Origin: Candidatus Komeilibacteria bacterium RIFOXYD1_FULL_37_29
GTDB taxonomy: Bacteria; Patescibacteriota; Patescibacteriia; UBA1558; GWA2-36-10
DNA length: 32,862 nt
Direction of reading: 5' to 3'
Assembly (NCBI GenBank): GCA_001818495.1
Contig: MHKS01000005.1
Location: 81,326-114,187 of the forward strand
The notes beneath the pieces are model-generated. The model did not search any database. It was not told the origin of the DNA and worked only from the letters and a program-made list of their open reading frames with translations. The translations under genes and the position numbers were made by a program. Within the stretch, counting starts at the first letter, position 1. Every line of letters begins with the position of its first letter. Shown here one piece after another: positions 1 to 7,390 of this stretch.

Positions 1-1262
1 TCAGTCGGCTTGGCTTTTTTACGAGAAGATTTGGCAGGTTTTTTCTTAGATTTTTTTTCGGCTTTAGTCCCTGTGGTTTCAGTAGCAGTTTTTGTAGTTG
101 TTTCGGTCTCAATTTTTTTATCAGAAATTTTATCACCAGTGGCAGAAGAAACAATGTCAATTTTCCAACCGGTTAGTTTGGCCGCTAGACGGACATTTTG
201 TCCATTTCGACCAATAGCTAGAGAAAGTTGATTATCGGCTACTTGCACAGAAGCAATTTTAGTTTCTTTATCTAAGGTAATACCTTCTATTTCAGCTGGT
301 GATAGGGAATTACTAATAAATTTTTTAATATCATCATCCCATTCGATAATATCAATTTTTTCTCCACCTAGTTCATTGATGACAGTTTGCACTCTAGAAC
401 CGCGCTGTCCGACACAAGATCCGACTGGATCTATATTTTCATCGTGGGCCATCACAGCTATTTTTGATCTAGAGCCAGCTTCTCTGGAAATTGATTTTAT
501 TTCCACTGTGCCAGCGGCTATTTCCGGTACCTCGGTCGCAAAAAGTTCTTTGACTATCTCTGGATGAGTGCGAGATAAAATTATTTCCGGTCCTTTATTA
601 CCAATTCGTACTTCCACAATGAAAAAATTTAAGCGAGCTCCAACATTGTATCTTTCTGTACGGATTTGCTCTTCCATTGGCAAAATGGCGCTGGCTTTTC
701 CCAGATCAACAATAATCCGACGACCTTCTTTTCGCTGTATTGTGCCCAAGACTAATTCGCCCTCTTTGTCTTTGTATTCATTGAAAATATGGTCTCTTTC
801 AGCTTCTCGCAGTCTTTGGACAATAACTTGCTTGGCGGTTTGAGCAGCCATGCGTCCGTATTCTTCCGGCACTCCCAATTTTGTTTCTATAATATCACCA
901 ACTTTGTATTCTTCACCGTCTTTATTGGCTTCTGATAGCATAATTTCCGAACGAGGATTGAATCTTTTTATAAGTTCTTCTTCTGGTATCTCTTCACCAG
1001 CCTCTTTCTTTTGTTTTTGCTCTTCAACCAATTTTTCTTCTTCTTCCAGATCAACGTCTTCTACTACTATTTTAACATCAAAAACAGCCGTTTGGCCGTT
1101 GTCGGCATTAAAGACTACTTTGATGTTTTGATTTTTATTGCCAAACTCTTTACGGTAAGCAGCTGCCAGAGCAGCTTCGATGGCTCCGATAATTGCTTCC
1201 ATAGACAAGTTTTTTTCGTCGGCAATTTGTTTTATAGCTGCTGCTATATTGTTTGTCGCCAT
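1..1262 (-). CDS. nusA: Transcription termination/antitermination factor NusA; the 3' end runs off the window
   Basis: The minus-strand frame is open from ATG (1262-1260) to the window edge. It is absent from the ORF track only because no stop lies in the window. My translation starts MATNNIAAAIKQIADEKNLSMEAIIGAIEAALAAAYRKEF. It contains an S1-like segment GELVLGTIQRKEGRRIIVDLG and the KH hallmark GRNGQNVRLAAKLTGWKIDIV, followed by a Lys/Thr-rich tail. Confidence 0.9.
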   Translation of the reverse strand, partial: MATNNIAAAIKQIADEKNLSMEAIIGAIEAALAAAYRKEFGNKNQNIKVVFNADNGQTAVFDVKIVVEDVDLEEEEKLVEEQKQKKEAGEEIPEEELIKRFNPRSEIMLSEANKDGEEYKVGDIIETKLGVPEEYGRMAAQTAKQVIVQRLREAERDHIFNEYKDKEGELVLGTIQRKEGRRIIVDLGKASAILPMEEQIRTERYNVGARLNFFIVEVRIGNKGPEIILSRTHPEIVKELFATEVPEIAAGTVEIKSISREAGSRSKIAVMAHDENIDPVGSCVGQRGSRVQTVINELGGEKIDIIEWDDDIKKFISNSLSPAEIEGITLDKETKIASVQVADNQLSLAIGRNGQNVRLAAKLTGWKIDIVSSATGDKISDKKIETETTTKTATETTGTKAEKKSKKKPAKSSRKKAKPT

Positions 1263-1323
1263 AATTTTTATTTAATTATTTATTTTTTATCAAACATCAT
1301 TTATTAGCGGTATTTGATATTAC

Positions 1324-1344
1324 TATCCCCGCCCAGCGGGGATA
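1324..1344. repeat. GC-rich perfect hairpin TATCCCCGC-cca-GCGGGGATA, a member of the ATCCCCGC/GCGGGGAT palindrome family
   Basis: 9-bp perfect stem with a 3-nt loop in an otherwise AT-rich spacer. The A-run lies 3' on the plus strand, so the T-run lies 5' on the minus strand, and it is not a canonical terminator for either strand. It lies in the predicted nusA leader. Confidence 0.6.
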
Positions 1345-1387
1345 AAAAAGAGCTAGTCTACTGTAGTAAACTAACTTTAATATCTAT

Positions 1388-1416
1388 ATCATAAACTATT
1401 TTTAGCTACTAGTCAA
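1388..1416 (-). promoter_or_regulatory. Sigma70-type promoter for nusA: TTGACT-17-TATGAT
   Basis: The minus strand reads TTGACT (1416-1411) agtagctaaaaatagtt TATGAT (1393-1388). It starts 3 nt after the yraN stop and implies a nusA leader of about 120 nt. Confidence 0.6.
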
Positions 1417-1418
1417 CT

Positions 1419-1763
1419 TTATAACTGATAGCGTCTGAGGGTGGCTTTGGTGCCGGTTATTTGTATAATCAGGGCTTCTAGCTCAAAAAATTGGGGTAAT
1501 TTTCTTTGCTGGGCCAAGATTTCATAAGTCCGGCGGATTTTTTCTATTTTTTGGTTGTTGATACTTTCTTCAGCCCACAAAAATTTGTTGGTGGATCTAG
1601 TTTTTACCTCCACTACGGTTATTTGTTTATTTTTCTCCAAAACTAGATCCAATTCGCCGCAACGGCTATAATAATTTTTGACAATTAACTTGTAATGAAG
1701 TTTTTGATAATATTTTAAGGCCAAGTTTTCTCCATAATAACCCAAGGCTTTTTTATTGGACAT
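1419..1763 (-). CDS. yraN: YraN family (UPF0102) endonuclease-like protein
   Basis: 114 aa. GENLALKYYQKLHYKLIVKNYYSRCGELDLVLEKNKQITVVEVKTR matches the YraN pattern GE..A..yL...Gy.i...N.r...GEiDLi......lvfVEVKtR, which is the D...E.K nuclease core. Confidence 0.75.
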   Translation of the reverse strand: MSNKKALGYYGENLALKYYQKLHYKLIVKNYYSRCGELDLVLEKNKQITVVEVKTRSTNKFLWAEESINNQKIEKIRRTYEILAQQRKLPQFFELEALIIQITGTKATLRRYQL

Positions 1764-1801
1764 AAAAACAGACTTTAACTGCCTGTTTTTATTTTTTAAA
1801 T

Positions 1802-1866
1802 TATCTGCCTATCGCTCATACCCCGCCAAAGGCGAGGTTCCGCTTTAGTGGGACCGTGGGCAGGTA
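1802..1866. other. GC-rich compound stem-loop, a candidate structured RNA or REP-like element
   Basis: Outer 8-bp helix 1802-1809/1859-1866 (TATCTGCC/GGCAGGTA, one G-T pair) encloses two hairpins: CCCCGCC-aaa-GGCGAGG (1821-1837) and GGTTCC-gctttagt-GGGACC (1836-1855). It sits between the stop of the 1874 gene and the yraN start and is visibly GC-richer than its flanks. Confidence 0.4.
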
Positions 1867-1873
1867 GGTAGCT

Positions 1874-2278
1874 TTATTTTTTCTTGGGTAGCCACTTATT
1901 AAATTCCTGCTCTTTTTTTTCAGCTTCTGCTTTGTCAGGAAGTTTTGTTTTAGCAAAAATAATAATAAAAATCAGCCAAACAAACATTAGTAGTATAAAT
2001 ATTAGGAGCCAACCGCGAGCGCTAAGATAGAGGGCTCGAACTTCTCTAAAATACATTAGAGTCAGACCAACCAAGCCATTGGTCCAGGACCAAACTTGTA
2101 TTTTCTTCCACAATTTTTTGCGTAAATCTTTTTGGCCTATTTTTTTGTGGGTGTAAAAAGCCAAGACAAGGGAGCCGACAAAAATAATCAAGAGAACTAT
2201 TCTCAGCGGCCAGGAAAAGCCAGCCGGTGGAAAGCGATTAAATAGGTAGGAAAGATCTAGGAGTTTCTCTAGGTTCAT
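1874..2278 (-). CDS. Hypothetical membrane protein with about 3 TM segments and a Lys/Glu-rich C-terminus
   Basis: ORF-track entry 1874-2320 begins at a TTG. The first ATG is at 2278 (MNLEKLLDLSYLF...). Hydrophobic stretches are LRIVLLIIFVGSLVLAFY, GLVGLTLMYF and WLLIFILLMFVWLIFIIIF. I recognised no family. Confidence 0.6.
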   Translation of the reverse strand: MNLEKLLDLSYLFNRFPPAGFSWPLRIVLLIIFVGSLVLAFYTHKKIGQKDLRKKLWKKIQVWSWTNGLVGLTLMYFREVRALYLSARGWLLIFILLMFVWLIFIIIFAKTKLPDKAEAEKKEQEFNKWLPKKK

Positions 2279-2352
2279 GGGTATTATTTTAAATACTTTA
2301 TTATGGCCACTAAGCTCCAAGAATTAATCTCAGATCTTAGTGGACAGGCTTA

Positions 2353-2381
2353 ATACTAAATAAAAAAACAGCCCCAGTCAA
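2353..2381 (-). promoter_or_regulatory. Sigma70-type promoter TTGACT-17-TAGTAT for the 1874-2278 gene
   Basis: The minus strand reads TTGACT (2381-2376) ggggctgtttttttatt TAGTAT (2358-2353). The leader of about 75 nt contains a perfect 8-bp helix CCACTAAG...CTTAGTGG. Confidence 0.55.
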
Positions 2382-2398
2382 GGGCCATTTTTTTGAAT

Positions 2399-3109
2399 TT
2401 ATAGTTTGATAAAGATTTGTCCAAAGTGGTATTGACCAGCCTTAAATTGTTGTTCGGGAATGAGGTTTATTTTTTGGGCTTGACTGTTAATGGTTTCAGG
2501 GCTGATATGTCTATCGTTACGTGGCCCAACACCCCCCTTCCTAGCACTCCAATCAATAATGAGCATTTTACCGCCGGTTTTTAAAAGTCTCTTACCTTCT
2601 TTGAGCACTTGATCTGTTTTGTTGGTTTGAAATAAGACGTTGACCAGTAATACAAAATCTAGACTTTCTTCGGGGATTTTGGTAGCGCCGACTATTTCAA
2701 TATTACTCCAAACGGTTTTTATATTATATAAGTTAGCCATGCGAGCTTTGGACTCAATATCAGATAAACAATTTTTTACAACATCAACAGCATAAACTTC
2801 TCCTTGATCACCGACCAGTCTGGCAGATTGCAAAGTAAACATACCACCGCCAGCTCCCAGATCAGCTACACGCTGGCCATTTTTTATTCCTAGAATTTGT
2901 CCCAAAATTTGATTAGCATTTAATAGTTCGCTTTTACCAAAAACAGCGGTTTGATTTTGCCGGTGATTAGTCGCGGCAGAGGGACTGTTATTTTGTTGGT
3001 CTGATCCCAGGTCTTGATTGGCCATTTGATTGGCCGATATATTGGCAGGGTCAGTAGCGGGTGGAATTTGAAAATCAGCTGTATTTTTAGTATTTTTTGT
3101 TGCAGACAT
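2399..3109 (-). CDS. Class I SAM-dependent methyltransferase with an N-terminal Q/N-rich extension of about 70 aa
   Basis: Motif I VADLGAGGGMFT, acidic residue in VYAVDV, motifs FVLLVNVLFQ and GGKMLIIDW. The N-terminus is low-complexity (QMANQDLGSDQQNNSPSAATNHRQNQ). Confidence 0.8.
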   Translation of the reverse strand: MSATKNTKNTADFQIPPATDPANISANQMANQDLGSDQQNNSPSAATNHRQNQTAVFGKSELLNANQILGQILGIKNGQRVADLGAGGGMFTLQSARLVGDQGEVYAVDVVKNCLSDIESKARMANLYNIKTVWSNIEIVGATKIPEESLDFVLLVNVLFQTNKTDQVLKEGKRLLKTGGKMLIIDWSARKGGVGPRNDRHISPETINSQAQKINLIPEQQFKAGQYHFGQIFIKL

Positions 3110-3158
3110 AAGAAATTTTAAGGCTTATTAGTTTATTATATCAGATTTTACTTTTTTA

Positions 3159-3187
3159 TTGAATAATAATTTAAAACGGGGTATGAT
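3159..3187 (+). promoter_or_regulatory. Sigma70-type promoter TTGAAT-17-TATGAT for the glycosylation operon
   Basis: TTGAAT (3159-3164) aataatttaaaacgggg TATGAT (3182-3187), 55 nt upstream of ATG 3242. The next four plus-strand genes are separated by overlaps or gaps of 12 nt or less. Confidence 0.55.
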
Positions 3188-3241
3188 ATATATTATTAGT
3201 GTTATTTTTTATCTTATCTTAGCCTTTATTATGAAAATATT

Positions 3242-4168
3242 ATGGATTTAAGTGTAGTTGTGCCTTTATACAATGAAGAGGGGTCGCTTAGAGAGCTGAA
3301 TAAAAAATTGCAGAGTGTTTTAAGCCGTTTAAACATTAATTACGAAATTTTGTATATTGATGACGGTTCTCGTGATAATTCCGTAAAAATTTTAAAAGAA
3401 TTAGCCGTCCAAGATAGGCATTTAAAGATTATCCAGCATAAGAGAAATTTTGGTAAGTCGACGGCCTTGGCAGTAGCCTTTAGTAAGACAGAGGGAGATT
3501 TGGTTGTGACCATGGATGCTGATTTGCAGGATGATCCGGAAGAGATTCCTCGATTTATAGAGCAGATTAATCAGGGGTATGATTTAGTGTCTGGTTGGAA
3601 GCAAGATAGGCAAGATCCACTGGTTAAATTGATATCCTCTAAAATATTTAATTTAACCGTCTCCTTTTTATCGGGATTAAAAATTCATGATTTCAATTGT
3701 GGTTTTAAGATTTATAGAAAAGAGGTGGTCAAAAACCTAGAAATCTATGGGGAGCTACATAGGTTTCTGCCTTTTTTGGCTCATCAACAAGGATTTAGAG
3801 TTACTGAGATGAAAGTACAGCACCACGCTCGTAAATTTGGCGAGTCCAAATACGGGCATTTAGGATTAAGAAGGTTTAGTAATTATATTTTAGATCCTAT
3901 TAATGTAGTTTTTATAACCAAATATAAAAGAAAACCGGCTCATTTTTTTGGAAATTTGGGAATGATGGCTTTTGGTTTGGGAATTTTGATATGTATATAT
4001 TTAAGTATATTATGGTTTTGGGGGCAAGGCATTGGTAATAGGCCACTTTTATTTTTGGGTGTCCTTTTGATTATCATTGGTATACAACTTATAGCCATGG
4101 GTTTTTTGGGAGAATTGATTGTTCGAGAAAACATATCTAAAGATAAAGACGAATATATAAAGAAGTAA
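3242..4168 (+). CDS. GT2 polyprenyl-phosphate glycosyltransferase (ArnC/GtrB/CsbB/DPM1-like) with C-terminal TM helices
   Basis: LSVVVPLYNEE, ILYIDDGSRDNS and MDADLQDDPEEIP (the ArnC/DPM1-type DADLQ..PE motif), with two C-terminal hydrophobic helices (FFGNLGMMAFGLGILICIYL; LLFLGVLLIIIGIQLIAMGFL). Confidence 0.85.
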   Translation: MDLSVVVPLYNEEGSLRELNKKLQSVLSRLNINYEILYIDDGSRDNSVKILKELAVQDRHLKIIQHKRNFGKSTALAVAFSKTEGDLVVTMDADLQDDPEEIPRFIEQINQGYDLVSGWKQDRQDPLVKLISSKIFNLTVSFLSGLKIHDFNCGFKIYRKEVVKNLEIYGELHRFLPFLAHQQGFRVTEMKVQHHARKFGESKYGHLGLRRFSNYILDPINVVFITKYKRKPAHFFGNLGMMAFGLGILICIYLSILWFWGQGIGNRPLLFLGVLLIIIGIQLIAMGFLGELIVRENISKDKDEYIKK

Positions 4169-5526
4169 TGTGCATCAAGTATTTTAGTAGTTTAAAAGAG
4201 GATAAATATAAACGCCAGATAGTTTTGGTTTTTTTTCTTTTTGTTATATTTTTAATTTTATTCACCGAGCCGTATCTGAATACTTTTAATATTGTTTCCA
4301 GATATCTGACCATTGAGTCTATCGTTGAAGATCATGATTTTATTATTGATGATAAATATCAAGCTACCGATGATATTATTTATCGAGAGGGACATTGGTA
4401 TTCATCCAAGCCACCAATTTTATCAATAGTGACTTCTTCGGTCTATTATATTACCCATAATTTTTTTCATCAGGATTTTCCGGAATTTAATGAAATAAAC
4501 GAATATAAATATTATTATTCTTTGTATCCTACAGTTTATTTTACTTCCCTAATTTTTGTCGGCGGTACCTTTTTTCTTTTATTAGTTTATTTTTATAAAA
4601 CTCTAAAACTTCTAGCAGTCGATAAAAAATATCACTTACCTTTGATTTTGGGTTTGGGGCTAGGTACTTTATTTTTACCATACTCCACAACCCTCAACAA
4701 TCATACTATAGCTGGCAGTTTGCTTTTTATGGCCTTTTATTATTTATTGCTTATAAAGTATCGGGCCGGCAATGGTCCGGGATTAAATAGACATTTAAGT
4801 ATAGCTGGTATTTTTGGGTCTTTGGCTACAGTCATTGATTTACCGACGGGCTTGGTTTTTTATGGTTTATTTTTTATCTATTTTTTATTTAAATTGGGAT
4901 TTAAAAAAATCTTTTATTATCTATGGCCATTTTTTATAATATTTTCGATACATTTGTATTTTAATTATCAAGCTTTCGGGGGTTTATTGCCAGCTCAATT
5001 ATATAAAGATTATTGGTTTGGTCCGGATGGGATGCCTACTTTGGCCGCATATTTTCCTAGACACAGTTGGTATATTTATATTTTTAATATTTTATTTGGC
5101 ACCCATGGTTTTTTCTCCTATACCCCTCTTTTAATATTATCATTTTTTGGCCTATTTAAAGTTATTAAAGCTAAATCAGAATTTTTTTGGGAAGCTTCAA
5201 TAGTTTTATTTGGTTTTATTTTTGTCATTGCTTTTTATACTCTTCTGGCCAGAGACTACGGTGGGACAGCTTATGGTTTTAGGTGGTTAATATCACTTAC
5301 ACCGTTAATCTATTTTTTTATTATATTTTTATTTAAACAAGGTTTAAGTAAAAAATTATCCGTCTGGTTTAATATATTTTTTATTTGGTCTATTTTTTTA
5401 GCCATTATTGGTGTTATTGATCCTTGGCCTATGGGGTTTATCATTACCATTTTTTCAGATGGAGAATTTTTATTGCCCCCGGTTTTGGCTGTTTTACAAA
5501 CATTGGTGTATTCTTACGGTTTTTAA
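4168..5526 (+). CDS. Polytopic membrane protein, a GT-C-fold glycosyltransferase candidate (ArnT/PMT/YfhO-like)
   Basis: 452 aa with at least 10 hydrophobic segments. The first loop carries ATDDIIYREGHWYSSKPPIL, which resembles the D[DE]xxY...(H/K)PP motif of GT39/GT83 enzymes. Its start overlaps the GT2 stop (TAATG), implying coupled expression. Confidence 0.6.
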   Translation: MCIKYFSSLKEDKYKRQIVLVFFLFVIFLILFTEPYLNTFNIVSRYLTIESIVEDHDFIIDDKYQATDDIIYREGHWYSSKPPILSIVTSSVYYITHNFFHQDFPEFNEINEYKYYYSLYPTVYFTSLIFVGGTFFLLLVYFYKTLKLLAVDKKYHLPLILGLGLGTLFLPYSTTLNNHTIAGSLLFMAFYYLLLIKYRAGNGPGLNRHLSIAGIFGSLATVIDLPTGLVFYGLFFIYFLFKLGFKKIFYYLWPFFIIFSIHLYFNYQAFGGLLPAQLYKDYWFGPDGMPTLAAYFPRHSWYIYIFNILFGTHGFFSYTPLLILSFFGLFKVIKAKSEFFWEASIVLFGFIFVIAFYTLLARDYGGTAYGFRWLISLTPLIYFFIIFLFKQGLSKKLSVWFNIFFIWSIFLAIIGVIDPWPMGFIITIFSDGEFLLPPVLAVLQTLVYSYGF

Positions 5527-5538
5527 TAACTAAAGATT

Positions 5539-7389
5539 ATGAGAGTTTGCTATTTTGGTACATATGAAAAAAATTATCCACGTAACAGCAATGTTATTAA
5601 GGGCTTGTTGGTAAATAATGTGGAAGTAGTACAGTGTCATGTTGATTTGTACACTAAATTTGAAAATAAGATAAATTTGAGTGTTGTCAAAAAAGTATTG
5701 TTGCTGGCTAATATTTTTTTATCTTATATTAAATTAATAATCAAAAGATTCTCTATTGGTAAAGTCGATTATGTGATTGTTGGATACCCTGGTCAGTTAG
5801 ATATGTTTTTGGCTAGATTATTATTTTTGAATAAGAAAATAATATTCAATCCTATGTTATCTATTTATGACACCATGGTTGAGGATAGAAAGATTAGTCA
5901 TAATTTTTTAATAAAGAAGTTTTTATATTTTTTAGATCGTTTTAGTTGTGTGTTGGCTGATAAGGTAGTATTAGATACTCCGGAACATGCTGATTATTTT
6001 TCCAAAGAATTCATTATTCCGAGAAATAAATTAGCCCATGCCTATATCGGTGCAGACGAGAGCATTTTTTTTCCATTAGCCAAAGAGAGTAACGATAAAT
6101 TTAAAGTTTTGTTTTATGGTAAGTTTTCGCCGCTACATGGTATTGATACTATTGTCAGAGCAGCTAAAATTTTATCCAAATATCCAGAGATAGAATTTGA
6201 AATAATCGGCACCGGCCAGGTATACAAAGATATTGTGAATTTATCTAAAGCTCTAGATAGCCATAATATAAAATTTGTCGATTGGGTTGATTTTGAAAAA
6301 CTACCTCATAAAATAGCCCAAGCCGATGTTTGTCTAGGAGGGCATTTTGGGGCTAGCCCAAAAGGGCAAAGAGTAGTGGCTAATAAAGTTTTTCAGATGA
6401 TAGCTATGAGAAAACCGGTCGTGGTAGCCGATTGTCTGTCCTCTAAAAATGCCGGCTTTATTGATAAAGAAAATTGTTTATTATGTCCAGCTGAAAATCC
6501 TGATTTTTTAGCTAACATTATTTTATTAATTAAAAACAATTCTCAACTGGCAGAACATATATCCCAAGGAGCCATAGATTTATTTAAAAATAGGTTTACT
6601 ATTTTTGAAATAGGCAGAGCATTCAAATTTGTTTTAGAATATAAAAGAGATTCTGGTTTGGTGTTAACACCAACTTATATGATGAGAAAAAAAATAATTT
6701 TAGAATATATAAAAAATCATAATATTAAGATAGATAATTTTTTAGAGATAGGAGTTGGTAACGGTGATATGATAAATACTCTTAGTCCATATTTTAACTT
6801 TGGTATAGGTACTGATATTGGACGGGAAGTTATTGATATGGTCAGGCGTAATATTAATAACTCAAAAATAAAATTTGAGCTTAGAGATTTTTTGGAAAGT
6901 CAGGAAAAAGATAGATATCAATTAGTAGTTGCTTTGGAAGTATTGGAACACATAGAGAAAGATAGATTGGCTTTAAATAAAATAAATCAACTATTGAGTA
7001 CCGGTGGTCTATTTATCATGTCTGTTCCGGCTCATCAGAGTAAATGGAGCATTTCAGATGAGTGGGCTGGGCATTATAGACGTTATGAGAAAAAGGAATT
7101 AATAAAATTATTGAAAGATAGTGGTTTCGAAATAGAAAAATTTTATAATTATGGTTTCCCCTTAACAAATGTCTTGTGGTATGTTGGTAAAAAATTTATT
7201 AATAAAGATAAGGTTTTAGCTATTAGAGAGGCCAATAATAAAAGAAGTGGAATTGATAGGGATGTGCATAGAAAATTTAAGTTTTTGTTTAATAATTTTT
7301 TTATGTGGCCATTTTATTTAATGCAAAAATTATTTGTTAATTTTGATTTTACGCCTGCTTATTTGGTAATATTAAAGAAGTCAAAATAA
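5539..7389 (+). CDS. Fusion protein: GT-B (GT1/GT4-like) glycosyltransferase plus a C-terminal class I SAM methyltransferase
   Basis: N-terminal half: KVLFYGKFSPLHGIDTIVRAAKIL...IEFEIIGTGQ...VCLGGHFG...NKVFQMIAMRKPVVVAD, a GT-B C-domain pattern. C-terminal part of about 230 aa: FLEIGVGNGDM (motif I), LVVALEVLEHIE, GGLFIMSVP. Confidence 0.7.
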   Translation: MRVCYFGTYEKNYPRNSNVIKGLLVNNVEVVQCHVDLYTKFENKINLSVVKKVLLLANIFLSYIKLIIKRFSIGKVDYVIVGYPGQLDMFLARLLFLNKKIIFNPMLSIYDTMVEDRKISHNFLIKKFLYFLDRFSCVLADKVVLDTPEHADYFSKEFIIPRNKLAHAYIGADESIFFPLAKESNDKFKVLFYGKFSPLHGIDTIVRAAKILSKYPEIEFEIIGTGQVYKDIVNLSKALDSHNIKFVDWVDFEKLPHKIAQADVCLGGHFGASPKGQRVVANKVFQMIAMRKPVVVADCLSSKNAGFIDKENCLLCPAENPDFLANIILLIKNNSQLAEHISQGAIDLFKNRFTIFEIGRAFKFVLEYKRDSGLVLTPTYMMRKKIILEYIKNHNIKIDNFLEIGVGNGDMINTLSPYFNFGIGTDIGREVIDMVRRNINNSKIKFELRDFLESQEKDRYQLVVALEVLEHIEKDRLALNKINQLLSTGGLFIMSVPAHQSKWSISDEWAGHYRRYEKKELIKLLKDSGFEIEKFYNYGFPLTNVLWYVGKKFINKDKVLAIREANNKRSGIDRDVHRKFKFLFNNFFMWPFYLMQKLFVNFDFTPAYLVILKKSK

Positions 7390-7390
7390 T

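Noticed and set aside
10-1307. Five plus-strand ORFs (10-231, 376-567, 568-843, 850-1131, 1011-1307) with low-complexity Ser/Phe/Ile-rich translations
   Set aside because: They are antisense shadows of the clearly recognisable minus-strand nusA gene. Several start at non-ATG codons, and none has a family motif.
2279-2320. TTG-initiated 14-aa N-terminal extension of the 1874 membrane-protein gene
   Set aside because: The first ATG, at 2278, starts the hydrophobic protein, and the extension overlaps a leader helix. The evidence is weak either way.
2361-2398. Possible terminator AAAAAAACAGCCCCAGTCAAGGGCCATTTTTTT after the methyltransferase gene
   Set aside because: Only about 4 bp can pair (GCCC/GGGC). 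The segment is better explained as the -35 region (TTGACT) of the downstream promoter, flanked by A and T runs.
3940-4134. Minus-strand 64-aa ORF inside the GT2 gene
   Set aside because: It is antisense to a well-supported CDS, has no signals, and has a Lys/Pro/Ile-rich composition typical of antisense AT-rich frames.
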